A DNA stretch of 64,000 bases from Nitrospinales bacterium (GTDB lineage Bacteria; Nitrospinota; Nitrospinia; Nitrospinales; VA-1), in NCBI GenBank assembly GCA_965262115.1, contig OZ253496.1:832001-896000 (forward strand). Reading direction: 5' to 3'. The notes under the pieces are model-generated. The model saw nothing but the letters and a program-made list of their open reading frames with translations, was not told the DNA's origin and ran no database searches. Both the position numbers and the translations under genes were made by a program. Of this stretch, positions 38,729 to 48,390 are shown in pieces (the stretch's first letter is position 1; each line of letters opens with the position of its first letter).

Positions 38729-38757
38729 TTGACAAACCCGCTAAATTACCATAAAAT
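38729..38757 (+). promoter_or_regulatory. sigma70-type promoter for the polyprenyl synthase gene
   Basis: TTGACA-17 bp-TAAAAT. Confidence 0.7.
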
Positions 38758-38862
38758 TAGGGGATTTCCAAGGAATAACGGATTAAAAAACAGCCTACTA
38801 GCGAGGCTTTTCCAGAATAAGAAGAATTAAGAGTAAGCCGCGGCTTGGTATGTAGGTTCGAT

Positions 38863-39867
38863 ATGGAATTCAGGGACGTCACACAGGATTTAAAAAGCGA
38901 CCTCGCCAGGGTCGAAAAGGCCATCAATCAGAACTATAAATCAGATGTGCCCTTGATTCCTGGAATCAGCGCCTATCTGATGAGTTGTGGTGGCAAGCGC
39001 ATCCGCCCCATACTCACTCTTCTGGGCGCCAAACTCTGTGGGCGCGAAATTGATGATACGGTCGTTAAACATGGCTGTGTCGTCGAATATATCCATGCCG
39101 CAACCCTGCTCCACGATGATGTAGTCGATGAAACCACGGTTAGGCGCGGTAAAGAAACCGTCAACGCCAAATGGGGAAGCGATGCCAGCATTCTGGTCGG
39201 CGATTTCCTCATTTCGCGGGCTATCCTGATTCTGGCCGAAGACTGCGAACGCAAAATCATCCAAGCCGTCACCGAGGCCACCAAAGTTCTCGTCGAAGGG
39301 GGCATTCACGAATACACCGAAGTCCGCAATATCAAAGTCACCGAAAAACATATCCTTGATATCATTCACCGCAAAACTGCGTCCATGATTTCCGTCAGCG
39401 TGAGACTCGGTGGACTGCTGGCAAACGCAACCGAACAACAGGAAACGGCGATCATTTCCTTTGGCGATGATTTCGGCATGGCGTTCCAGTTGATGGATGA
39501 CGCGCTCGACTACGATGCCGATGAAGCCCTGCTCGGAAAACCACCGGGGACCGATTTTAAAGAAGGCCACGTCACCCTGCCCCTGCACCATCTCTATAAC
39601 AAGGCAGACCGGTCACTGAAAAAAGAAATCGAAGCCTTCATCAAAAACGAAAACATCACGCCAAAAGATTTAGAGTATGTCGTGGAACAAATGCGCAAAC
39701 ATAAATCCATCGACTACACCCTGAACCTTGCCCGCTTCCACATCGACCGGGCCAAATCACATCTCAGAAAAGCTGACTTCCCGGCACCGCAATACATCGA
39801 ACACTTCGATGCCGTGGCTGACTACATCTACAGTCGGCATGTGGGAAGCACAACAGTTACACAGTAA
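38863..39867 (+). CDS. ispB: Polyprenyl diphosphate synthase
   Basis: GGKRIRP, LLHDDVVD, KTA, FQLMDDALD. Confidence 0.9.
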   Translation: MEFRDVTQDLKSDLARVEKAINQNYKSDVPLIPGISAYLMSCGGKRIRPILTLLGAKLCGREIDDTVVKHGCVVEYIHAATLLHDDVVDETTVRRGKETVNAKWGSDASILVGDFLISRAILILAEDCERKIIQAVTEATKVLVEGGIHEYTEVRNIKVTEKHILDIIHRKTASMISVSVRLGGLLANATEQQETAIISFGDDFGMAFQLMDDALDYDADEALLGKPPGTDFKEGHVTLPLHHLYNKADRSLKKEIEAFIKNENITPKDLEYVVEQMRKHKSIDYTLNLARFHIDRAKSHLRKADFPAPQYIEHFDAVADYIYSRHVGSTTVTQ

Positions 39868-39930
39868 GCTATCTCTGCATCAGCATCTGATATAATGTAA
39901 GGAAGTAACCGTTTCTTCGCGGAGAAGCCT

Positions 39931-40470
39931 ATGTCTTCCCATCCTCTGGTCGACCTTGCCATCCAATCGGTCAAACACCATTTAGAAAACGGCCAACCCC
40001 TGCCCTGCCCCAATCCCCTCCCCGAAAACATGCAGAAACAGGCTGGAGCCTTTGTCTCTATTAAGAAGAACGGACTCTTAAGAGGTTGCATCGGCACCAT
40101 TCAACCGAAATACGCCAACCTTGCCGAAGAAGTGATTCGAAACGCTATCAAAGCAGCTAACGAAGACCCCAGGTTCCCACCCATAGAAAAAAAGGAACTA
40201 GAACAACTCACCTTCTGGGTAGATGTCCTGGCCCCACCGGAAAAAATCGATGACCTTACATCGTTAGACGTAAAACGCTACGGCCTGATCGTGCGCAGTG
40301 AAGAAAAACGCGGGCTGCTCCTTCCCGATCTGGAAAACATCAAAACACCGGACCAGCAACTGAAAGTCTGCCTGAAAAAAGGCGGGATAAAAAACACCGA
40401 CAACTACAAACTCTACCGCTTCGAAGTCAAAAGATTCCACCAGCGTGACGCTGGACTCAATGAGCAATAG
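39931..40470 (+). CDS. AMMECR1 domain protein (AmmeMemoRadiSam protein A)
   Basis: LRGCIGT, EDPRFPP, GLLLPD. Confidence 0.9.
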   Translation: MSSHPLVDLAIQSVKHHLENGQPLPCPNPLPENMQKQAGAFVSIKKNGLLRGCIGTIQPKYANLAEEVIRNAIKAANEDPRFPPIEKKELEQLTFWVDVLAPPEKIDDLTSLDVKRYGLIVRSEEKRGLLLPDLENIKTPDQQLKVCLKKGGIKNTDNYKLYRFEVKRFHQRDAGLNEQ

Positions 40471-40504
40471 CTCACCCTGGTGAACAAAAAGTTTTTCCGG
40501 CACA

Positions 40505-40675
40505 ACCAAGCCTTATGTCAACGCCTGGATGAGTATGAAAATCAGTGAGAAGGATTGGAATAATCTTACCACCCACCTTAATGCAACGCTTGACCATTTT
40601 CAGGCGGCAGAACAAGAGAAATCCGAGGTGTGCGGATTTGTTGCAAGCTTAAAAGGAGATATTATCGAAAAATAA
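40505..40675 (+). pseudogene. Group 1 truncated hemoglobin remnant
   Basis: C-terminal MKISEKDWNNLTTHLNATLDHF...FVASLKGDIIEK; N-terminal-like ALCQRLDEY immediately upstream in another frame. Confidence 0.65.
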
Positions 40676-40786
40676 TGCATTTGTTTTGTCACTCTGGCCT
40701 TGAAGATTTAGGAAAAGGGAACATATTTAATGTATAATATTGGCAATAAAAATTATTTTTTATTAAAACAATCGGGGTTTTTACCC

Positions 40787-41461
40787 ATGAAACTCCTTAA
40801 GTTTATTCTAATCATTCAGTTCATTATGGTTGCGCCCTTGCTGCCGGGTTCTGCCAAGGCCGACAACGTACAAGCTTGCTACGACTACTTTCGTCCTCTT
40901 GAAAATTTGGCTCTGGAGATCAAAGGCCGTGGAGGAACCTGGGAATTATTTGAAAAACGGGCACTTTTCAGAGATCACGCCGTCGTCGGGCTTCATGCTG
41001 ATTCAAAAATAACCGCCCTCATATTCACCATAGACTATCTATGCGAAAGCCAGGAAGGTATCCCGTTTAACGATGTAGCGGTTCAGGTTGTTCCCACATT
41101 GGCAGAAAAGGGACTGGAAGGTTTTATTGAATATTATTTAGTTCTTGCGCATGAGCTTAATGAAATTAAAGGCTGGGCAAAATATGCTGAATGGTATAAT
41201 GCCAACCACAAACGCAAACTGGATCCTAAACAGACAAAAGCTACCATAGATAATGCTCGGCTATTTTTTGAGCGCTATAGAGCACTGGCCGTTAAAATGA
41301 AAACGACAAACGATATCGAAGGCATTGTTAAAGATGGCAAGGCCCTCATTGATGATATTGTGAAGTTCAACACCGTGGACCCCCTTTTAAAACAAGCCAA
41401 CTTTGAAAACTCAAAGATCCCCCAAGTCTCCAACCTGCTTAATATTGCCGATGAAATGTGA
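40787..41461 (+). CDS. Secreted hypothetical protein
   Basis: Signal peptide (AKA/D); 224 aa. Confidence 0.75.
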   Translation: MKLLKFILIIQFIMVAPLLPGSAKADNVQACYDYFRPLENLALEIKGRGGTWELFEKRALFRDHAVVGLHADSKITALIFTIDYLCESQEGIPFNDVAVQVVPTLAEKGLEGFIEYYLVLAHELNEIKGWAKYAEWYNANHKRKLDPKQTKATIDNARLFFERYRALAVKMKTTNDIEGIVKDGKALIDDIVKFNTVDPLLKQANFENSKIPQVSNLLNIADEM

Positions 41462-41612
41462 ATAACCTACGGCTTGTCACAAACGATCTTGGATTTTATC
41501 TGTTTTTAAACAACCGAGACCTCGAATATCTTTCACAATAAAACCTGGATATGCATCTGAAATGGTTTAGCTTAGCAAAAGCTGCCAACAAAAACCCTGC
41601 CTTACATACTCT

Positions 41613-41783
41613 ATGCAGCGTGTCGGTCTTTCCCACTTAAAGCTATTTTCGATTGTCCTGACTTTTCTAACGGGTTTCACCGCCCTGATTTTTCAAAATA
41701 CCTGGCACCGTTACCTCAACTACTTGTTAGGATCGCAATCTCAAGCCACCGCCATGATTCTGGCAGTTTTGGGGGGGGGGGGG
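41613..41783 (+). pseudogene. 5' fragment of a membrane-fused spermidine synthase-like protein
   Basis: FLTGFTALIFQNTWHRYLNYLLGSQSQATAMILAVL, broken at a G13 tract. Confidence 0.65.
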
Positions 41784-41785
41784 TT

Positions 41786-41826
41786 CATTCAAGGGGTCAG
41801 GGGTTCGATCCCCCTCAGCTCCACCA
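41786..41826 (+). mobile_element. tRNA-Ala 3' half (att-like scar)
   Basis: CATTCAAGGGGTCAGGGGTTCGATCCCCCTCAGCTCCACCA; no 5' half present. Confidence 0.8.
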
Positions 41827-42115
41827 TGTATATAATAAGGGGTTAACTCGAACGGGTTGACCCCTTTTTTAGTGGATTGTATGGGTATTGTATCGTTGGG
41901 GTTTGATTGCGGATCCAAAATGAAAATTCTAACTTACAAATTGGTACAAATTATGGAAGCAGGTCAGTATTTAAACGCCCCTTTTTAGAATAAGTTTTCA
42001 ATAATTCCTTCTTTAAATTTCCCTGTAAAGTGAAACCAAATTTCCACAATAACTAGGGTTGAAATTTAACGTTAATTCAAAAAACCAAAATAATTTTTAC
42101 CTATTCAAAGTTCTT

Positions 42116-43672
42116 TTAATGGAACACCACATGGCAAAGTACCAGAGACCCCAAAAGCAGCCCTCCGAACCAACCAACTTTTTTTGTAGACACGTCAAGC
42201 AATTTCCCCCAGCCTTTGGGCGAACCATTTTTCACAATAGTTGGAATGATTACAACCAAGATGACCGAAATTATTATAAGGGTAGAACGATTGAGGTAGT
42301 TCATGTCAGGTGCCAGCCACTTTAATAATATAGTTAAACCAACACTTCCAATGAGCGTATAAAATACTAGCTTTTTAGATGCGCTGGTTAGAAAAACAGC
42401 ACAAACAATAAGAAATACGAATCCATTTTTTATGTAGTAGGAAGCTTCGTTAAACCAGTGAGTGAGGGCAAAATCTGGGTCCTCAAATTTTACGTAGGTA
42501 ACTACATAGGCAAAGAATAAACCAGTACACAAAGCTCCTAAAATTCCTTTTCTACCCATAGAAACCATTTCACTATCTGTTGCTTCGGGTTTAATATATT
42601 TTTTATATATATCTACTGACCACAGGGTTGAAACCGAATGGAAAATGGAGTCCACACTGCTCATTAGCGAAGCAAACAAACCGCAAAGAATGATTCCTTT
42701 TAACCCATTGGGTATAAGTTCAATAATCAAAGTTGGGTAGGCAAGATCCGGATCAGAAAGCGGGTGATTTGAAAGGATTCCCACTAGTGCTATCCCAGGA
42801 ATAATAATAATAAAGGCCATCAAGTACTTTAAGAATCCGCCAACAATTAATCCTACCTGGGCGTGGTAGAGATTTTTGGCTGCCAGTGTCCGCTGTAAAA
42901 TAATCTGGTTGCAACCCCAATAATTGAGATTTAAGAGCATCATTCCAAAGAGAGCAGGCCAGGGAAGTTTGGGGTGATCCGAAGGCATATGCAAGTGCAT
43001 CAAGTTTGGAGTTTTTTCGTAAAGCATAGTCCACCCACCCAGTTCCTTCATGGTTACAGTAACAAGTATCATCCCCCCTATGACCATTAAGGCAAATTGA
43101 GCAATGTCTGTTCTTACTACCGCGCCCATTCCACCTAAATAGGTATACGTTGCTGAGAAAATTCCCAATAGTATAGTCAAAATAAAAATGCGGGTCATGG
43201 GGTCATGATGAATAAATCGAATGTTTTCTGCAAAAATGGCATTGATGGCATAAGCCCCCCAAAAGAGCGTCGAGCCAAGATAAAGAAAGCCGTATAGCAA
43301 GATCATCAAAATGGAATAGGTGAAAGCCACCTTCGATCCGAGTCTCTGTTCAAAAAATTGGCTAATAGTGGTTACGTTAGCCGCGAGATAAAGTGGGATA
43401 AAAACAAATGCAGCAATTAAAATACCGAGAATAGCGTTAATTTCAAAATTTGCCTGCACCAATCCATATAAATAGGCTGAGCCAGCCATTCCAATAAAAT
43501 GACCAGCATGGATGTTTGTGGATATGGTCGAAAATGCAACGGCGGGCCAACGAAGGGTGTTCGATTTTAAAAAATATTCATGCGCCGTGGTCTTTTTGTC
43601 GTCTCTCTTTACAATCCCTAAAGTAAAGACAACGATAAAATAGGTCGAGATTATAACAATATCCAAAACCAT
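42116..43672 (-). CDS. Sodium:solute symporter (SLC5, sugar/inositol-type)
   Basis: HFIGMAGSAY, GGMGAVVRTD, YWGCNQIILQRTL, ASLMSSVDS; visibly AT-richer than its flanks. Confidence 0.9.
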   Translation of the reverse strand: MVLDIVIISTYFIVVFTLGIVKRDDKKTTAHEYFLKSNTLRWPAVAFSTISTNIHAGHFIGMAGSAYLYGLVQANFEINAILGILIAAFVFIPLYLAANVTTISQFFEQRLGSKVAFTYSILMILLYGFLYLGSTLFWGAYAINAIFAENIRFIHHDPMTRIFILTILLGIFSATYTYLGGMGAVVRTDIAQFALMVIGGMILVTVTMKELGGWTMLYEKTPNLMHLHMPSDHPKLPWPALFGMMLLNLNYWGCNQIILQRTLAAKNLYHAQVGLIVGGFLKYLMAFIIIIPGIALVGILSNHPLSDPDLAYPTLIIELIPNGLKGIILCGLFASLMSSVDSIFHSVSTLWSVDIYKKYIKPEATDSEMVSMGRKGILGALCTGLFFAYVVTYVKFEDPDFALTHWFNEASYYIKNGFVFLIVCAVFLTSASKKLVFYTLIGSVGLTILLKWLAPDMNYLNRSTLIIISVILVVIIPTIVKNGSPKGWGKLLDVSTKKVGWFGGLLLGSLVLCHVVFH

Positions 43673-43722
43673 AAGAATAATTGACAGAACCAAAAGCAAT
43701 CTGTCCTAAACTGGGGTCACAT

Positions 43723-43769
43723 TGTAGTCAAGTCACCGGAATTATCCGAAACCACCGGACTCATCGGAA
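43723..43769 (+). repeat. Degenerate direct repeat of 45653..45699
   Basis: TGTAGTCAArTCACCGGA...CCACCGGACTCAyCGGAA in both copies. Confidence 0.7.
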
Positions 43770-43959
43770 GTGTCGGAATTGGGGGCCTGTGCGTATTGGG
43801 GCGGAGCCCTTTTTTAGTGGTTGGAGAGGATTGAAAGATTGACCTGGGGACCGGCTGTAAACGCAAATCGTGACTACCGCAGTTTACTACCGCACATTGA
43901 CCTGAGAGGACGGATCGCTGTACGATCAAATCTTAGTTACTACACGGTTCTGCCGCACA

Positions 43960-45220
43960 TCATTTAACTTTCCCTCGCTTGGTGATTTTCCCTGAGGGAA
44001 CTGACATATCCAGACTCAAATCTCTGGCTGTCTTGACCATGAACAAATCAAGGAGACTCTGGGCGGCATTAACATTTTGTCCTTTTTGCCCCCCGGACAT
44101 TACAACATTCGGAACCCATTGTCCCTTGTAATCTTTCATAGCTTGGGCGTAGTAACTATTTACCTCCTTCCAAGCCTCTAGTTTTTGAGCCAAAGCGCCG
44201 TCGGCGTTCATGACAAGTTTTTTCCTCTCAGACTCGCCCTGCCCCAAAAGAATCTGCCTTTCTTTCTCCTCCTTGGCCGCCATTTTCATCAATTTTGCCA
44301 CCGCAAGCTCTTTTGCTGCATGCAGTTCAGCCACCTCTTTCTGTTGCTGGGCTTCTACAATGGCCTTGACCTTCTCCTGCTCTTTTTCATATTTGGATTG
44401 CATGACATCGGCCTTACCCTTCATCTCAATGGTCTTGGCATCCTGCTCTGCCTTTTTGGCATTGGCTCGAGCCGTTTCAACCTCCATGATGGCTTTTCGT
44501 TGGGCCTCAATTTGACTTTCAACCACTTGAGGATATTTGATGGCGGTAATTCTAAAGGCATCGAAAGAAATGCCAGTACCCTCCATAGGGTTCCCCTCCC
44601 GCAGGAGATTCCCATTTTCATCACGCAGGATCTCTTTAAAGTGTTTCGTTGTTTTCTTACCTGTCATCGGATCAATGATTTGCTTATCATTGGTGACGGT
44701 TTTATACACCCCATTGAGCAATCGGTCGAAAGCCATGGAATCAAAATCTGCCCTCTTTTCGTCGAAAGATTCCTTGGCAGACATGAGGTTTCCCGTCAAG
44801 CGCAAAACTCGTCCCAAATGTGGATAAGCCAACTGCTCCATAACAGAATTTATGGAACGGAATCCATGTTTAGTGATGAGATCCAAGGCCTTCTCCTCAG
44901 ATTTAGGCATATACACACGCACCGTCCCAAGCACTGTAGACTGGGAACCATAGTTAAAACGTGTGGGAATGACATGATCTCTGGTAAAATCAAAGGTTGT
45001 TGATACTGGCCAGGTCTGCACATCTCCAAAACATTGACACCACATTCCAGGGTCCATTTTGACCGTTAAGGTTCCCGTTATGGGAAACTGCCGGATCTGA
45101 GTAGGTACCCTTCTCAACAGTTTCAAAAGCATTCATCCCTAGTAAGATCACGACAACCAAAATAACAATGGAAATTACCTTATTAGGGGACATGAATTTA
45201 GGGATTAATTCGTTAGGCAT
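43960..45220 (-). pseudogene. SPFH/band 7 domain protein with a +1 frameshift
   Basis: GGAGG + ATG 45220, TM anchor, AFETVEKGTY; one extra base at 45100 before QIRQFPITG; coiled-coil C-terminus. Confidence 0.75.
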
Positions 45221-45549
45221 TTATGGCCTCCAAAGTTAAAAGATGTGCATTCCAACATCAACTTGGACGACGACAATGGCCAAGTGAAGCCTTTATTCGA
45301 GTTGTAAATTTGGCGTGGATTATAACAGAATTGGGCGATTTAGCATAGTAAACGTGTTCCAGGCTAGACCCACCATTGTCTGGTTTCTCCCCCGCAACCC
45401 CGGCCTATTGAGAGGGCTTCCAGCTCATTGCCTCGCACCGGAAGGCAGGTAGCCGAATTGAAAAGAGGATAATTTAATTAAAGTCCCAAGCAGTATTGAG
45501 TTAATAAGCCATGAAGGTAGAGTAGTAATCAACATATTCTCCTAATTAA

Positions 45550-45593
45550 GGGGAATCGTAGGGTTGGAGGTTCAAATCTTCTCGCCCCGACTA
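45550..45593 (+). mobile_element. Degenerate tRNA-Pro 3' half (att-like scar)
   Basis: GGAGGTTCAAATCTTCTCGCCCCGACTA followed by a hairpin and ATGTAGTCAA x2. Confidence 0.65.
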
Positions 45594-45942
45594 GTAAAAA
45601 CAAGGACGTAACAGTTTTCGTTAGGTCCTTTTGTTGTGGGATGTAGTCAAAATGTAGTCAAATCACCGGATATATAGGGAGCCACCGGACTCACCGGAAA
45701 AGAAATTCAACCTAGGTTGAATTCTGGAAGATTTTAAGTCACTGACTTTCAAAAAAAGCGCATTTAAATGATTATTTGGAAACTGCCCTTGGGTATATCA
45801 CACCGGCGTGATAGGCCGGAGTTAATTTAATTAACCTCTACAACGGGGCTTCCACAAACTATTGACTGAATGAGAGTTGCTAGAATCCTGACAGATTTGT
45901 TCAGCTCTTTTTTTATGCCTTTGGTTGTGGGCAAATTGTGGG

Positions 45943-46111
45943 CAATTGATACTTCATCGCCACTAATAGGACAAAGGCCGGGAAGGTTGAAAGTGATTAC
46001 ATCGTCATCCTAGTTACTGATGTAAATAACTCCCTCATAGTCGCCAAAGGTTTGGCAAGGGACTAAGGGGCAGCAATAGAAAAAGAGAATTAGGAAAACG
46101 AATTTCTTCAT
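45943..46111 (-). pseudogene. Thermonuclease (SNase) family remnant
   Basis: Signal-like start, then GDYEGVIYISN*DDDVITFNLPGLCPISGDEVSI; truncated at TTGTGGGCAA repeats. Confidence 0.6.
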
Positions 46112-46225
46112 GGACCACCTCAAGAGTCTGGGGATGCAATCACTCTTTTTCAGGTTGGCGATGTTTTTCAATTGTTTGGTATAATACGCTCCAATTCACC
46201 GAATATTTTTAGAGTAGTGGAATTT

Positions 46226-46546
46226 ATGGTCGAACATAATTTAAGGAAATGGCAGCACATTTTAGATGGCCAAGGCAAAACATTTTCCATCAATGGCCAG
46301 CAGGTAGCGGTGTTCAATATTGACGGTGAAATTTTTGCTTTTGATGATGAATGCCCACACTTGGCAGGTTCTTTGGGCAGTGGTAAATTGGAAGGTAAAC
46401 TAGTGACCTGCCCGAACCACGGTTGGCAATTTGATGTCACCGACGGAAAATGTGTTACCTTGGATCGATGTGATGATGGATGCGTGATTGACACTTATCC
46501 GGTAAAGATAGAAAACGACGAGATAATTTTAAGTTTGTCCTCATAA
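46226..46546 (+). CDS. Rieske [2Fe-2S] ferredoxin
   Basis: CPH...CPNHGWQFD. Confidence 0.9.
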   Translation: MVEHNLRKWQHILDGQGKTFSINGQQVAVFNIDGEIFAFDDECPHLAGSLGSGKLEGKLVTCPNHGWQFDVTDGKCVTLDRCDDGCVIDTYPVKIENDEIILSLSS

Positions 46547-46699
46547 GCAATTTTATTTCCCCCAGCCCTCTCTCCTTCTCAGAAATGGAATATATCCCGT
46601 CATCCGAATGTGGACCCTTTGAGGTAAAAAGCTAAGAGGTACTTTCTGCTAAACTTTCCTTCTCCACGGGTACTTGCCCGTTGCCGCTCTGGCGAAGAG

Positions 46700-46771
46700 T
46701 AGCCCCAAGGGGAGTCGAACCCCTGTTTCCGGCGTGAGAGGCCAGCGTCCTAACCACTAGACGATGGGGCC
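46700..46771 (-). tRNA. tRNA-Glu(CUC), CCA not encoded
   Basis: GGCCCCATCGTCTAGTGGTTAGGACGCTGGCCTCTCACGCCGGAAACAGGGGTTCGACTCCCCTTGGGGCTA folds as a cloverleaf. Confidence 0.95.
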
Positions 46772-46813
46772 ATATAAAATGGTGGGTGGTTATCTTAACT
46801 CAAATGGGGAAAT

Positions 46814-47278
46814 TTAGAACCCGTCTTTTTTCATGATCGGTGGACCGTACCGGTTTTTCTTTTTCTCTTTGCGGACCGCTTCTTCCGCATCCAGGTCGCG
46901 TTTGTTCACTCCAAAAATAAGAAACGTCATCAAGGGGTAAGCCGGGAGGGACAGCACCCCCCAAGTGAGCATGAACTTGTTCCCCGCAGAAATCATGCCT
47001 CCATCGCTCCCCTCATTCCCACTTGTGCCAAAAGCCAAAAACAGCATCAGACCCAGGAGCATTCCCATTAATGAAGAGATTGAGGTTTTATGCGCCACCT
47101 CATTCATATATAGTGTCGGCAAAAGCGGGAAATCACTGACATAAGCGCCGATGAGTCCCAAAGTAAACATAATAAACATTGCCGCCATTAAAAATTCGTT
47201 AGTGATGGCAATGGTAGCCACCAACTGGTAAACGGGAGCCCAAAGCGCGACAATAAATGGATTACGGTAAATATTCAT
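46814..47278 (-). CDS. Hypothetical membrane protein (about 4 TM helices)
   Basis: GAGGA ribosome-binding site; hydrophobic helices. Confidence 0.75.
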   Translation of the reverse strand: MNIYRNPFIVALWAPVYQLVATIAITNEFLMAAMFIMFTLGLIGAYVSDFPLLPTLYMNEVAHKTSISSLMGMLLGLMLFLAFGTSGNEGSDGGMISAGNKFMLTWGVLSLPAYPLMTFLIFGVNKRDLDAEEAVRKEKKKNRYGPPIMKKDGF

Positions 47279-47337
47279 ATTTCCTCAAAGCGGAGAATTT
47301 CCGCCGGACATTGCCTCCACGGCTAGTGGCCAAAGGG

Positions 47338-47411
47338 TGGCTCGGGTACAAGGATTCGAACCTCGACATTCAGAACCAGAATCTGACGTCCTACCGTTAG
47401 ACGATACCCGA
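47338..47411 (-). tRNA. tRNA-Gln(CUG)
   Basis: TCGGGTATCGTCTAACGGTAGGACGTCAGATTCTGGTTCTGAATGTCGAGGTTCGAATCCTTGTACCCGAGCCA. Confidence 0.95.
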
Positions 47412-47438
47412 CCACTAATTTCTTGGAAAACTTGATTT

Positions 47439-47467
47439 ATAATAGTTTTAGATGCGAAAACTGTCAA
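47439..47467 (-). promoter_or_regulatory. sigma70-type promoter for tRNA-Gln
   Basis: TTGACA-17 bp-TATTAT. Confidence 0.75.
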
Positions 47468-47482
47468 GCAGAGAACCTCTGC

Positions 47483-47800
47483 CCACTAGGCGTGGGGGCC
47501 AGCTAGTCAAAGCCCGTCTTTGCGAGGAGCCAACTGCGACGAAGCAATCCAGAATACCTTTGCAGAGCATGAAGGCTAATGAGCACGGCACTGGATCGCC
47601 GCGCTCCTTTCAGTCTCTCGCGATGACGAAAGTGTGGTTTTTAATATTCAGGCGGGTAGGGCCACCGGTGAGCCGCCAGAGGCAATAGCCCATAAAGCCG
47701 AGAGGACACTTATCCGCATGTGATATCGCTACACTTGCTTCATGCCCCAAAGGGGTAAAATAAAGACATCGCAAGTTACCAGCGGAGGTACTCCGCTAGT
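47483..47800. repeat. Mosaic of repeat modules (A at 47483, long palindrome 47515-47628, B at 47719-47757, AGCGGAG hairpin near 47781)
   Basis: Each module recurs elsewhere in the window (12320-12484, 14748, 35207). Confidence 0.8.
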
Positions 47801-47817
47801 GAAAGGAACCTCTTTAT

Positions 47818-48387
47818 ATGCGCGTAATTTCGGGCACCGCCCGGGGAACCCGTCTGGCCAGCCTGGGCTCTGCCGACATCCGCCCTACCCTCGATCGGGT
47901 CAAGGAATCGTTTTTCAATCAGGTCGGCCCCGGCCTCGAAGGGGTGGCCTTCCTCGATTTGTTCGCCGGTAGTGGAAGCATGGGCATTGAGGCGCTTAGT
48001 CGGGACGCAGAAACGGTAGTGTTTGTCGAACCCAACCCTGAGGCCCAGTGCATCATCATGCAAAATCTGGAAAAATGCAAAATGACCGGTGACACCCCAC
48101 GCTGGGTTTTATTGCAATCCCCTGCCCACACTGAATTGCAAACACTTGAGCAGCGGAAGCTGGCCTTCGACCTCGTTTATGTAGACCCGCCTTTCGCCGA
48201 CGACTTGTATGAACCGACCTTGCTGGAGCTATCGCCATCGGGAATACTGCGCCAGGATGCTATGGTCGTGGTGGAACATTTCCATAAAACCGTTTTGCAG
48301 AAAAACTATGGTAAACTTGAATTTTATAAAGATCGGCGATTGGGCGATTCCTGCCTTTCTTTTTTTCGATTTAAAGACTCCCTTTAA
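47818..48387 (+). CDS. rsmD: 16S rRNA m2G966 methyltransferase
   Basis: MRVISG, RPTLDRVKES, LDLFAGSG, DPPF. Confidence 0.95.
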   Translation: MRVISGTARGTRLASLGSADIRPTLDRVKESFFNQVGPGLEGVAFLDLFAGSGSMGIEALSRDAETVVFVEPNPEAQCIIMQNLEKCKMTGDTPRWVLLQSPAHTELQTLEQRKLAFDLVYVDPPFADDLYEPTLLELSPSGILRQDAMVVVEHFHKTVLQKNYGKLEFYKDRRLGDSCLSFFRFKDSL

Positions 48388-48390
48388 ACT

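Noticed and set aside
41771..41783. G13 tract as a phase-variation switch
   Set aside because: The rest of the gene does not follow in any frame (a tRNA fragment does); could also be a sequencing or assembly artefact
41786..41826. Functional tRNA-Ala (likewise tRNA-Pro at 45550)
   Set aside because: 5' acceptor strand and D arm are missing
44185..45003. Long antisense ORFs (also 17468..18133, 19639..20298, 38941..39591)
   Set aside because: Shadows of well-supported genes on the opposite strand
46226..46546. Rieske protein as the missing partner of the cytochrome b
   Set aside because: Soluble ferredoxin-type Rieske with no Tat signal or TM anchor, about 9 kb away
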